Below the pieces are notes generated by a model, which was not told where the DNA came from, made no database searches, and saw only the letters and a program-made list of their open reading frames with translations. Of a stretch of 64,000 bases of DNA, positions 49,360 through 58,988 are shown one piece after another. This DNA comes from Spirochaetia bacterium (GTDB lineage Bacteria > Spirochaetota > Spirochaetia > CADAEX01). A program made the position numbers and the translations under genes. How positions within the stretch are numbered: position 1 is the stretch's first letter; each line of letters opens with the position of its first letter. Where the stretch lies: NCBI GenBank assembly GCA_963662795.1, contig OY759746.1, positions 992,001 through 1,056,000 on the forward strand, given 5' to 3'.

Positions 49360-50535
49360 ATGAGCGGCAGATCAGGCAAAGAGCACACAATTTCTGAAAA
49401 ACTTAATTTAAGAGCTGATTTACCCTTTTACAACAGCGCCATGGTAACTGTACGGGAAGTTCTTAAGGTAAAACAGGGTGAAAAAATACTCATAATTACA
49501 AACCCTGATGAGGAAAGCTTTACAATTTCATCTGCACTTTATGAAGCAGCAATGGAATATGGCGGAATACCCTGTCTTGTAATCCAGCAGAAAAAGGACC
49601 AGCTTGATTTTGCGGATGATGCGGTAATCGGGGCGATAAAAAGCGAACCTGATGTGATAATATCCATAAGCAGAAACAAACTGGGAAAAGACAGAAAAGC
49701 AATCGCTTCTCCCTATAAAATAGGGGAAAAAAGCTATGACAGCACATTCCATTATCTTGTTGACGGCGTCAAAAAGAGCAGATCGTTCTGGTCTCCGGGG
49801 ATTACGGCAGACATGTTCAGAAGGACTGTAGCGATAGACTACGCAAGACTTAAACAGGAATGCCTTTTCCTTAAATCAATCCTTGACCGTGCTTCATCAG
49901 TAAAAATATCAGGCAAATCCGGAACCGATTTCGAGATTTCAATTGAGGGGAGGGAAACATTCTGTGATGACGGCGATTTCTCGCTTGCGGGTTCAGGCGG
50001 AAATCTTCCGGCAGGAGAGGTTTTTATCTCACCGGTTGTCGGGAAAAGCCGCGGGACAATTGTATATGACGGAAGTATCTCGACAAAAGACGGCGATTTA
50101 ATTATCAGCACGCCCATAACGGTAAAAGTCGAAGAGGGATTTGTTACGGCGATTGAGGGGGGAGAAGAGGCTGATATTTTAAGGGATACAGTAGATGCCG
50201 GTAAGGCAAATGCCGTACTTTTTGAAAAAGAGGGGAAGCTCCCGTCAGGCAGCGGAGAGGTCTACAGAAAAAATGCGGGGAATATCGGAGAACTCGGCAT
50301 AGGCCTTAATCCTGCCGCCGAAATCAGGGGCAACATGCTTGAGGACGAAAAAGCCTACAGAACCTGCCACATAGCAATAGGCAGCAACTACGATGATGAT
50401 GCCCCTTCGCTTATCCACCTTGACGGGCTTATAAAAGAGCCGACAATCACCGCTTTTTTCCCCGACGGCAGCAGCTCCATAATAATGGAAAAAGGCGATT
50501 TGCCGGCAGATATGGACGGGAAGAAGTCCGGATGA
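49360..50535 (+). CDS. Peptidase M29-like metallo-aminopeptidase
   Basis: GNLPAGEVFISP, GELGIGLN, EDEK, HIAIGSN, HLD metal-ligand pattern. Confidence 0.82.
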   Translation: MSGRSGKEHTISEKLNLRADLPFYNSAMVTVREVLKVKQGEKILIITNPDEESFTISSALYEAAMEYGGIPCLVIQQKKDQLDFADDAVIGAIKSEPDVIISISRNKLGKDRKAIASPYKIGEKSYDSTFHYLVDGVKKSRSFWSPGITADMFRRTVAIDYARLKQECLFLKSILDRASSVKISGKSGTDFEISIEGRETFCDDGDFSLAGSGGNLPAGEVFISPVVGKSRGTIVYDGSISTKDGDLIISTPITVKVEEGFVTAIEGGEEADILRDTVDAGKANAVLFEKEGKLPSGSGEVYRKNAGNIGELGIGLNPAAEIRGNMLEDEKAYRTCHIAIGSNYDDDAPSLIHLDGLIKEPTITAFFPDGSSSIIMEKGDLPADMDGKKSG

Positions 50536-51677
50536 AACTGAATAAGTACGCGTTCATTTCAGCGCTTTATGCGCTTCTCATGTTTATATCACCGGCCCTT
50601 TGCGCAAAAGAATTTTATCTTGAAACTTGGAACAGTTTTCTCGATCTGCCGGACGGATTTGAGCCGATCGAAATTACAGATACCAAAGCGACTTTCGGCA
50701 CACAGGATGAAAGGATTTTCTTTCAGATAAAAGTGTATCCGCCTGAAACCTATGGATCTGCCCGGGAAATCCATAATGATGTAAAAAAGAAAATCTCCGC
50801 TGACGGCGACGGTGTTGATTTTTATTTAAATGATTCTGAATCTGTTTTTGCAGATTATTCATTTACACCGGGCGATATTCCTTACCGGGGATTTTCCGTT
50901 TTAATCAACGGAAAAAAGAGGGACTGGGTTATACTGTCATTCTGTGAAGAAGAAATCTACGGCAAAAGCAATTTCACCCTGCTCTCCGCGCTTGATTCCT
51001 TTTCCATGGATGAAAATTCCCTTTATAAGAGCGGGCCTGTAAGCAGTTTCTATGAGACATCATATGCGTCATCCGACATGGAATCCATCTCTGTTCCTTT
51101 TGAAAATGGAAAAACCGCGATCCAGGCGGACAAACACGCAATTGAAGCGTCAGAAGTTACGGCGGAAAGGGAAGCGGTTGTGCTATCAGGTTTTACGGCA
51201 GCCGACACAGACGCGTGGAGCCGTTTTTACAGGATGATATACAGGGATAACTATAAAAAACTGCAGCCTCTTTTTATGGAATTGCAGAAGGCAGGATTGA
51301 AAAGAAATACCGATTCTGCTGAGATATCAAAACGCCTTTTATCATGGCTTCAGGATTTTACCTACGCAAGAACAGGAACAATAGCTGATTTCTCCCCTCC
51401 CCTTGCAGCGCTGCGCGATTATGCAGGGGACTGCGATTCGCTGGGGCTCCTTTATGTGATTTTACTTAAGTATTACGGAATAGATTCAATTCTGATGGTA
51501 TCAGCTGAGTATTCCCACTCAATGGCAGCTGTAGACATACCCGGAACAGGGGCACGGTTTACTTTCAAAGGCAAAAAATATCTTGTCGCTGAAATGACTG
51601 AAAAGGTTGCTATCGGGCAGATAAACGCCGCCATGGCAGACCCCGCGAAATGGCTGGGGATAGAATTAAACAAATAA
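50532..51677 (+). CDS. Exported protein with C-terminal transglutaminase-like domain
   Basis: Signal peptide; GDCDS...HSM...AEMT Cys-His-acidic pattern; ATGA overlap with the peptidase. Confidence 0.65.
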   Translation: MKLNKYAFISALYALLMFISPALCAKEFYLETWNSFLDLPDGFEPIEITDTKATFGTQDERIFFQIKVYPPETYGSAREIHNDVKKKISADGDGVDFYLNDSESVFADYSFTPGDIPYRGFSVLINGKKRDWVILSFCEEEIYGKSNFTLLSALDSFSMDENSLYKSGPVSSFYETSYASSDMESISVPFENGKTAIQADKHAIEASEVTAEREAVVLSGFTAADTDAWSRFYRMIYRDNYKKLQPLFMELQKAGLKRNTDSAEISKRLLSWLQDFTYARTGTIADFSPPLAALRDYAGDCDSLGLLYVILLKYYGIDSILMVSAEYSHSMAAVDIPGTGARFTFKGKKYLVAEMTEKVAIGQINAAMADPAKWLGIELNK

Positions 51678-51768
51678 ACATGAAAACCGGGAGTATGATT
51701 TATAGAGCAACCCTGTCCCTCCGGTAATTCCCGCATGCGAGCCAGGGATCTTCCCCAACCCCGGCAAT

Positions 51769-54180
51769 TCAGGGATTCAGGCAGATTTCCCTTACAGTTT
51801 TGAGCAGTTCGCTGCGCATAAAGGGTTTCTGGAGAAATGCCCTGATTCCGGATTGAAGTCCTTCCTTTACCCTTTCATCTTCCTTAAAGCCTGAAGTAAG
51901 CAGCACTCTCACTTTACTGTCAATTTTTACAAGCTCTTTGTATGTATCAAGCCCTGAAAGAAGAGGCATTGACATATCAAGAATAACAGCAGTTACCTCC
52001 CCATGATGTTCCCTGAAATACTCAAGCCCGGCAATACCGTTCTCGGCCTGAGCTGTTCTGTAACCGGCCGATTCAAGCATTTTTACCACAAGGTCACGAA
52101 TCAAAGGCTCATCATCGATAATCAGAACAAGTCCGGACCCTTTTATATTATATTTTTTCTGCGGTTCTGATTCGGTATCGGCGCTGACAAAATCCACAGC
52201 CGGAAAAGCAATGCTTATTTTTGTACCCAGGTCAGGCTCGGATTCAATCTCAATTTCGCCGTTATTTTGCTTTACAATACTTAAAACCATTGTGAGGCCC
52301 AGCCCGGTACCCTTTCCCCTTCCCTTTTCAGAGAAGAACGGATCAAAAACTTTTGTCAGATTTTCTTTTGTGATCCCTTTTCCCGTGTCCTTTACGGTAA
52401 TTTTCCAGAAATCAGTATCTTTATTATAATTTGCATGATATTCAAGATCCACAGACAGTATCCCCCCTTCCTGACTGTTGTCGCTTCTCATCACTGTCAT
52501 TGCATCGTGTCCGTTTATGCAAAGGTTTAAAAGCCCCTGTTCAATCTGTGCCGGATCACCCTGGATAAGAGTGTTTCCATCAGGAAGATTTGCAGCAAAT
52601 ACCACCCTTTTGTCAAATGTAGTTTCACATATTTTTTTTACCCGCTGAATTGAATCCTTAAGGTCAAAAATAATTGTCTGATTCTCTCTCTTGCTTGAGA
52701 GGGTTAACAGCTGATTAACGACATCAGCTCCTCTTTCCGCCGATTTCTCTATTATATCAACATAGTGTTCAAGCTGATCAATCCCCGATTTTTCTTCAAT
52801 AATGGAATACCTGATAAGTGATGCGGCGCCTGTTATGCCTCCAAGAATATTATTAAAATCATGGGCAAGCCCTCCGGCAAGAATTCCTACAGTCTCAAGT
52901 TTGTGTGACTTCCTCAGCTGTTCTTCTGTTTTTTTCTGTTCTGTAATATCCCTGCATATCCAGAGAGAATTGTTCTTGTCATACGGAAAGACCCTTGCCT
53001 CAAACGTAAGATCCCCTGCGGGAACAGTGATGTCATATTCTGTGATTGCCGTTTTCCTGTTTTCACAGACATCCCGGAGAATTACCTTAACCTCTTTTTT
53101 AAAGCTGTCGCTGAAAGGCAGGTCATAGAGATAACAGCCAATTAATTTATCGGGAGGCTCTGCAAGAAGGTCAGGGTCATTATGCTTTAAATCCAGGTAT
53201 TTGCCGTAAGGGTCAAGAATAAAATAAAGGTCAGGCAGGGCATCCAGAAGCTGTCTGTTTTTTTCTTCACTGTAGGCAAGATGCTCAACTGTTGTTTTTA
53301 ATTCAATATTATTTATAATCAGTTTTTTATTCAGGATTTTATTGAGAACCGCAAGAATCAGTATAACAGCAAGAACCGCAGCAGTGATTAACAATCCCGG
53401 GAGCAGGATTTTTTTCCACCTGATAAATTCTTCAATACGGACGCCCAGCCATTTTGTATTAATATCCCTGTATTCTTTTGCAGGTATCGCGGAAAATCCC
53501 CTTTCCACAGTCTGAAGCATTATACTGTTCCCTTTTGCAACAGCGCGATGGAATCTGCCGGTTGAAAGGGTAAAAGAGCTCCTGAATTCGCTGTACGGGC
53601 CGGACTTGTAGAGAAAATAATGGACAGGCGGCTCATCAGCGCAGAAAACCTTTACTTCTCCGTTTACAGCGCCGTTTATTAAATCCCTGTAATTATCATA
53701 ATACACAAGATGTTCTATGTTGCCGGCTTTCAATGTATCAACAACCGCATCCCCGATTTTAACTCCGACAGAAAAACCCCTCAGCGACTTTATATCAGTA
53801 ATTCCTCCGATCAGGTTATGGGTAAATACCTTTACTTTAATCTCTGCATAGGGCCTGGAATAATCAAATAAACGGGCCCTTTCTTCCGTATAAAAAAGGG
53901 TATCAATTACATCCCCGTTGCCCAGTTTCATCTCTTCCTGGGCAAGAAACCAGTCCATTCCCTTAAGATTAACAGCTATACCTGTTTTTTCCTCCCAGCG
54001 CTTCCACTGATCTGCAATTATTCCGATCAGCTTTCCGTCACCATCCCTGAATATATAGGGCGGATAATTATCATCAATAAGTACCGTGATTTCCTTTACC
54101 GGAGTTTCCATATCCTGTGAATAAATATTGGCAGTCAGGACGGCAAAGATCAGGATCATGAATATTTTTACTGTTTTCAT
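51769..54180 (-). CDS. Hybrid sensor kinase (periplasmic SBP-PAS-HisKA-HATPase-REC)
   Basis: NYPPY SBP domain, TM, PAS (LDALPDL...RDITE), LAHDFNNIL, GTGLGL, REC (IIDDE, LDMSMP, QKPF). Confidence 0.94.
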   Translation of the reverse strand: MKTVKIFMILIFAVLTANIYSQDMETPVKEITVLIDDNYPPYIFRDGDGKLIGIIADQWKRWEEKTGIAVNLKGMDWFLAQEEMKLGNGDVIDTLFYTEERARLFDYSRPYAEIKVKVFTHNLIGGITDIKSLRGFSVGVKIGDAVVDTLKAGNIEHLVYYDNYRDLINGAVNGEVKVFCADEPPVHYFLYKSGPYSEFRSSFTLSTGRFHRAVAKGNSIMLQTVERGFSAIPAKEYRDINTKWLGVRIEEFIRWKKILLPGLLITAAVLAVILILAVLNKILNKKLIINNIELKTTVEHLAYSEEKNRQLLDALPDLYFILDPYGKYLDLKHNDPDLLAEPPDKLIGCYLYDLPFSDSFKKEVKVILRDVCENRKTAITEYDITVPAGDLTFEARVFPYDKNNSLWICRDITEQKKTEEQLRKSHKLETVGILAGGLAHDFNNILGGITGAASLIRYSIIEEKSGIDQLEHYVDIIEKSAERGADVVNQLLTLSSKRENQTIIFDLKDSIQRVKKICETTFDKRVVFAANLPDGNTLIQGDPAQIEQGLLNLCINGHDAMTVMRSDNSQEGGILSVDLEYHANYNKDTDFWKITVKDTGKGITKENLTKVFDPFFSEKGRGKGTGLGLTMVLSIVKQNNGEIEIESEPDLGTKISIAFPAVDFVSADTESEPQKKYNIKGSGLVLIIDDEPLIRDLVVKMLESAGYRTAQAENGIAGLEYFREHHGEVTAVILDMSMPLLSGLDTYKELVKIDSKVRVLLTSGFKEDERVKEGLQSGIRAFLQKPFMRSELLKTVREICLNP

Positions 54181-54181
54181 T

Positions 54182-54373
54182 TCATTTTATTATCCGGACC
54201 CTTCCGACATCCCCGGACTGAAGCCTTACCTTTATCCCGTGCGGATGGAATGAGGAGTTTGTGAGAATGTCCTTTACAACCCCGTCGGTGAGTTTCCCTG
54301 TTCTTTGATCAGCTTTAAGCACAATGCTTACCTCTGAGCCGATTTTAACATCATTTCTGCTTTTTCCGTCCAT
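54182..54373 (-). CDS. YwbE family (DUF2196) small protein
   Basis: IVLKADQRTGKLTDGVVKDILTNSSFHPHGIKVRL...VGRV. Confidence 0.92.
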   Translation of the reverse strand: MDGKSRNDVKIGSEVSIVLKADQRTGKLTDGVVKDILTNSSFHPHGIKVRLQSGDVGRVRIIK

Positions 54374-54485
54374 ATATTATTTTTCCTTGTTTTTTACCAG
54401 ATTGTTCATCATAATGCTATCAATGTCCACAGTATAAGGCTGCTGCCTGTTCTGGCGCAAGATTAAATTCAGGATAATTTCAACC

Positions 54486-55718
54486 GTGAATAAATTGGAA
54501 ATGCAGAAAGAAAAACTGATGGGAAACATCGGTAAAAACTATATCTATACCCTTTTTTTCAACCTGAACCTTACAAGAGGCCTGTGGATGATATATCTTG
54601 CCGGCAAGGGATTCTCTCTCCTTGAACTTGGTATTTTTGAAGGGACTTTTCATGCCACTTCTTTTCTTATGGAAGTGCCGACAGGGGTGGTTGCAGACCT
54701 GTGGGGAAGAAAAACAAGCAGACTGTGCGGGAGAGTGCTGTTTTTAATAAGCCTGTTCATAATGCTTTTATCAGATAATTTTTATATTCAGCTGTCAGGG
54801 TTTATTCTGTGCGCTATGGGCTACAATCTTGAATCAGGCGCAGGGGAAGCCCTTGTCTATGATTCGCTGCTGCTGGCGGGCAACGAGGCTAAATATAAAT
54901 CGATAGCAGGAAGGCAGGAGCTGATTCTGCAATGCGGATTTATAAGCTCATATCTTCTTGGAGGATATCTGGCGGTGAGAAATTTCCCGGCAGTTTATTT
55001 CATGAGTATTATTTTTTCTGCCGCATCCTTTCTTACTGCCCTTGCCTTTATTGAACCTGTAATAAGCGAAAACAGAGAAAAGAAAAGTTTTTCATTAAAA
55101 AATATTGCAGCTTCAATGTATAATCAGACGCGGGAAAGCATTCTTGCAGTAAAAAGACGCCCGAGGATAGCATTTCTGATACTTTTTTCCGAAATAATAT
55201 TTACATTTCTCACAAGCCTGTTTTTTTATCTGCAGAATTACTGGAAAGGAACCGGATTAAGCGAATTCTCCATTGGTATCATATTTGCGGTGGCAGCGCT
55301 GACGGCAGGTATTACAGGATATAATGCGCAGGCAATAGAAAAAACTATTGGGGAAAAAGGAGTACTTCTATTCATGCCGCTGATACTTGTTCTTTGTTTA
55401 TGGGGCATAGCGATCACCAGATTCAAGGGACTATTCTTTATTCTTACAGGGATAATTGAGGGCATACTTGTCGTCGCGATAAGCGATTACATCAACCGCC
55501 TTATTCCAAGCGAAAGAAGGGCGACTGTCCTCTCATTTCAGGCCATGGCATTCAGTTTTTTCATGCTGATCTTTTTCCCTGCAATAGGATGGATCGGAGA
55601 CTCTTTTTCCCTTGATATCTCTTTTCTTTTTCTTGCCGTATCCGGATCAGCATTGACAGCAGTCTATTTTGTAACTTTTAAAACATGGATAACCGCGGAA
55701 CAAAAAAAAGCTGTCTGA
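54486..55718 (+). CDS. MFS transporter
   Basis: EVPTGVVADLWGRK motif A, SGAGEALVYDS, RRATVLS; about 12 TM segments. Confidence 0.92.
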   Translation: MNKLEMQKEKLMGNIGKNYIYTLFFNLNLTRGLWMIYLAGKGFSLLELGIFEGTFHATSFLMEVPTGVVADLWGRKTSRLCGRVLFLISLFIMLLSDNFYIQLSGFILCAMGYNLESGAGEALVYDSLLLAGNEAKYKSIAGRQELILQCGFISSYLLGGYLAVRNFPAVYFMSIIFSAASFLTALAFIEPVISENREKKSFSLKNIAASMYNQTRESILAVKRRPRIAFLILFSEIIFTFLTSLFFYLQNYWKGTGLSEFSIGIIFAVAALTAGITGYNAQAIEKTIGEKGVLLFMPLILVLCLWGIAITRFKGLFFILTGIIEGILVVAISDYINRLIPSERRATVLSFQAMAFSFFMLIFFPAIGWIGDSFSLDISFLFLAVSGSALTAVYFVTFKTWITAEQKKAV

Positions 55719-55742
55719 GCTATAAACGCCCGGACAGCTTTT
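55702..55742. terminator. Bidirectional terminator overlapping the MFS stop
   Basis: AAAAGCTGTCTG...CGGACAGCTTTT between convergent genes. Confidence 0.7.
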
Positions 55743-55760
55743 ATGATTTTGAAATTAATA

Positions 55761-56543
55761 TTACTTTATCGGCGTTCCGAAAGTGCCGCCGAGTGCAAAA
55801 GCGCGGTTCTCATCAAGCGCGTCAGTTACAATAGCGTCAATAACAAACTTGAATTTTGATAAGGCTGGGATACTTGCCATATCAATCCTGATTCCAGTGT
55901 TAAATGCTCCGCGGTAATTTGCGTCTGCTCCGAATGCGTCAAGGCTGTATGAAAAGTTTGAGAAATCATTTATCCAGTGGATGTAGTTTTTGAAAGTTTC
56001 CGGAAAAAGGAGAAGGTCAAACCCCATTCCGAAGTCTATGTTTTCATCAACCGCAATATCCCCGAATGTTTTACCTACAACTACAGTTGTCTCTGCAGGC
56101 ATTTTAAAGAAAGTACCGGGATATGTTGTTGAAAGGTATACCTGGGTCGCATTTTCATCCTGGTCAAACCTCTTAAGGCTCTGGTAGTTCATACCTATTG
56201 CAACTGCCGAAGAACTTTTTACAGGCAGCTGTACCTTTGCGTTAAACAGGATATCGGAATTTTCAGAATCCACCTGGCTGTCATAGGCGGCGGCAGCCTC
56301 AACAATATTGAACATACTTACAGAAACCTTGGAAATATGTGTTGTGTCAGGATCGTCCATAATCGCGTGATATCCCGCGTCAACTCCGAAATCAGACGAT
56401 TTTTCCCACCCTATCCTTGCAGACGGTATAGTTATTAAACCGGTCGCCCCGTTAAGTGACATCCCCTTTGCGCTCTGCGCCGTAACCGGCACTGCAGCTG
56501 TTAAAACTATCAGAAAAATAATCAAGATACTTTTGTTTCTCAT
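55761..56543 (-). CDS. Exported protein, probable outer-membrane beta-barrel (YjbH-like N-terminus)
   Basis: Signal peptide, NGATGLITIPSAR motif, alternating hydrophobic strands. Family assignment is tentative. Confidence 0.55.
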   Translation of the reverse strand: MRNKSILIIFLIVLTAAVPVTAQSAKGMSLNGATGLITIPSARIGWEKSSDFGVDAGYHAIMDDPDTTHISKVSVSMFNIVEAAAAYDSQVDSENSDILFNAKVQLPVKSSSAVAIGMNYQSLKRFDQDENATQVYLSTTYPGTFFKMPAETTVVVGKTFGDIAVDENIDFGMGFDLLLFPETFKNYIHWINDFSNFSYSLDAFGADANYRGAFNTGIRIDMASIPALSKFKFVIDAIVTDALDENRAFALGGTFGTPIK

Positions 56544-56661
56544 AATTCAACTCCTGGTTAGCATGTATCCTTATTTTAAAATACTTGCCGTCCAATATCA
56601 ATAGTTTTTTAATGAGAGTCAAAAATGGCAAACAGCTTTAACAGCCGCCCGGAAATAAAAA

Positions 56662-57021
56662 TCATTCAGACACTGTTAAGTTCCCGAACATGCCCATTTT
56701 TCTGTGATTTCCAACGCTGCAGTAAAACTCAAATACCCCGGTCTTATCTGCCTTGAATTCAAAGGTTTCAGATTCTCCCGTTTTGATCTGTTTTGTGCGT
56801 ACCATAAATTCATCAATAACAAGATCGTGAAATCCCCCGGCGTTGGTAAAGGTAATCCTTACGGTATCACCTTTACTGACGTTGATTTCATTGGGAGTGA
56901 ACGTTAATCCCTTGTTTGTTATATTTATTTCCTTAACGCCAGAGGCTTTCATCTCCTGTGCAGTTAAAGGAACCAGCATTAAAATAAGCCCTGTTAAAAT
57001 CAGTATAATTATTTTTTTCAT
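56662..57021 (-). CDS. Periplasmic cupredoxin (type-1 copper protein)
   Basis: Signal peptide, FTPNEINV, His in FHDL, YCSVGNHRKMGM (Cys, His, Met ligands). Confidence 0.9.
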   Translation of the reverse strand: MKKIIILILTGLILMLVPLTAQEMKASGVKEINITNKGLTFTPNEINVSKGDTVRITFTNAGGFHDLVIDEFMVRTKQIKTGESETFEFKADKTGVFEFYCSVGNHRKMGMFGNLTVSE

Positions 57022-57101
57022 ACTAATATGATAGGAATTAAAATTTCAAAAGTCAAATTAATAATTAATCCAGTAAAATCCATAAAAAAGTGAAGGAGCA
57101 G

Positions 57102-58928
57102 TTATGAAAGGTTCTCTTCGGAATAAATCTGAAGTTCAATCATCCTCTCAAGGAGCTGTTCCTTTGATAATTCTGGAAAATTTTCAAGCACAAGCTCCTT
57201 GGTAAAAATTTTTGAAATATATTTTAATTTCCGCGTTTTATTCCTGGAAGCATATATAAAATCAGCATGTCCGTTGTTTATTATTATGATATACCTGTCG
57301 TTGTCAAAGCGGCTTCGCCAGAGTTCTCCGGGAGCTTTAAGATAGGTATAGCCGGGAAGCCCTTTCCTGTTGCTGTCCGCGGCAGAAGAATTATCATCTT
57401 TTTTAAGCAGCTCTTCTGTAACAGTAATAATGCATTCTGCTTCACAGTCCACTTCATATTGTGAGACAATTGCCCTGATTATGACAATGCAAGGTTCATT
57501 CGGAGCTGTAAAATTAATAAACTCCCTATCAGGATTATTTATAATCCCATCGCCTTCTTTAACGGCCCATTTTACTGAATAGCCGGAATCGAGCTGTCGT
57601 TTGTTTTTATCCCTTGCGATAATCTTGAGTTTCCTTGTCTCTCCGACACCTGTTATGATCGATGCCGGCGAGATAATGGCGGAATAGAGCGCTCCCGCTA
57701 TCTCAAAAAAATCTTTCTGCTCTTTCAGGCTGTCTGTTTCTTCGGAAGAGGAGGCTATATAAACAGGTTTTGTCTGATCCTGTAGCTCCCCATCGTTCCC
57801 AATATTTTTATTTTCCGTTTCATTTCCGACAACCTGGATTTTGGTTTTTCTGGGAATGGAAAGCCACCCGTATTCATCCTCAGGGAGGAAATTAAGCGCC
57901 TCCTGTATTGCCTTTGATATCCTGTGAAGTATGTTTTTGCTTGTCTTTTCTTCTTCCGCCTTTTTCTGCTCTTCAACCACTTCCGCAACCGCTTCTGTAA
58001 GATTATGCATCGAGTAAATAAAACTTTCAAAAGCGTCATCGAGGATTATCCCGTCCCGTGTTCCGGGAGTCAACTGAAGGAATGAAACATCTATCATCCC
58101 TTCAAGATAGGGAGAGTTCCACGGGTGTTCGTTAAAATAGTCTATTTTTTTTATCGATGGAAGGACCCTGGTTCCCTGTTTGTAAAGCGATATCTCATTA
58201 TCAGATGAAGGTTCATTGAGGTATAGTTCATAATATATCTCGCCCAGCGGGCTTCTTGTTTCCGGCAGTGAATGAAGAAGCCTTCCTTTAAATTTTCTGG
58301 GTTCAACAATGAGTTCCTTCCGGCTTTTTCTGTCTAATACCTTAATTAACACACCTGTTTTGATTATTCTGTCCCTCAGCTCACTTGCAAGATAATTCTG
58401 TATTTTTTCAACAGAGAGCTGCTTTACTCCCGAAAGGAGAGGCTGGATAAGAAGTTCTGTACCGCTTTTTTCTATAAGCGTTCTTACATCATCAATCCGG
58501 TATCCGGGATTCCCTTTTACCAGGTTCATACGTCTGACAACCCCGTCGCTGCCGGAGGATGTCAATGTAAGTTCCTCACCTACCGTCCAGAAACTTAAAA
58601 GTCCGATTCCGAATTCTCCCTGGAGACCTTTTACCCCCTGAAGTTTCAGTTTCCGCTTGATTGAATCACCGATATGGGTCGCGACATATTTAAAATCGTT
58701 TATCCCATCCCCGTCATCAATAATTTTGATATATGATTCATTCCTTTTTTTGCCACGGAGAATTGTTATACTTTTCGCTTTCGCATCGATGCTGTTTTCA
58801 ACAAATTCGGCTATCGCCTTGAGCGGATTATTCTGCGAAAGGGCTATAATTGTTATGGCATTCCAGTTGTTTCCGATTTTAAGTTTTCCGGTGTTCTCCC
58901 CGTGTTTCATTTTTTCAGGTACTGTCAT
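57102..58928 (-). CDS. MORC-like GHKL ATPase with an internal Ig-like domain
   Basis: AEFVENSIDA, DDGDGI, GEFGIG, SGT GHKL motifs; transducer-like EGMIDVSFLQLTPGTRD; Ig-like ISPAS...VKWAV...FTAP...CIITV; no signal peptide. Confidence 0.75.
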   Translation of the reverse strand: MTVPEKMKHGENTGKLKIGNNWNAITIIALSQNNPLKAIAEFVENSIDAKAKSITILRGKKRNESYIKIIDDGDGINDFKYVATHIGDSIKRKLKLQGVKGLQGEFGIGLLSFWTVGEELTLTSSGSDGVVRRMNLVKGNPGYRIDDVRTLIEKSGTELLIQPLLSGVKQLSVEKIQNYLASELRDRIIKTGVLIKVLDRKSRKELIVEPRKFKGRLLHSLPETRSPLGEIYYELYLNEPSSDNEISLYKQGTRVLPSIKKIDYFNEHPWNSPYLEGMIDVSFLQLTPGTRDGIILDDAFESFIYSMHNLTEAVAEVVEEQKKAEEEKTSKNILHRISKAIQEALNFLPEDEYGWLSIPRKTKIQVVGNETENKNIGNDGELQDQTKPVYIASSSEETDSLKEQKDFFEIAGALYSAIISPASIITGVGETRKLKIIARDKNKRQLDSGYSVKWAVKEGDGIINNPDREFINFTAPNEPCIVIIRAIVSQYEVDCEAECIITVTEELLKKDDNSSAADSNRKGLPGYTYLKAPGELWRSRFDNDRYIIIINNGHADFIYASRNKTRKLKYISKIFTKELVLENFPELSKEQLLERMIELQIYSEENLS

Positions 58929-58988
58929 ATATCGACTATATTATGAGTTGTAATATTTTAAAAGACATAACTGTAAAATTCCACGTTC

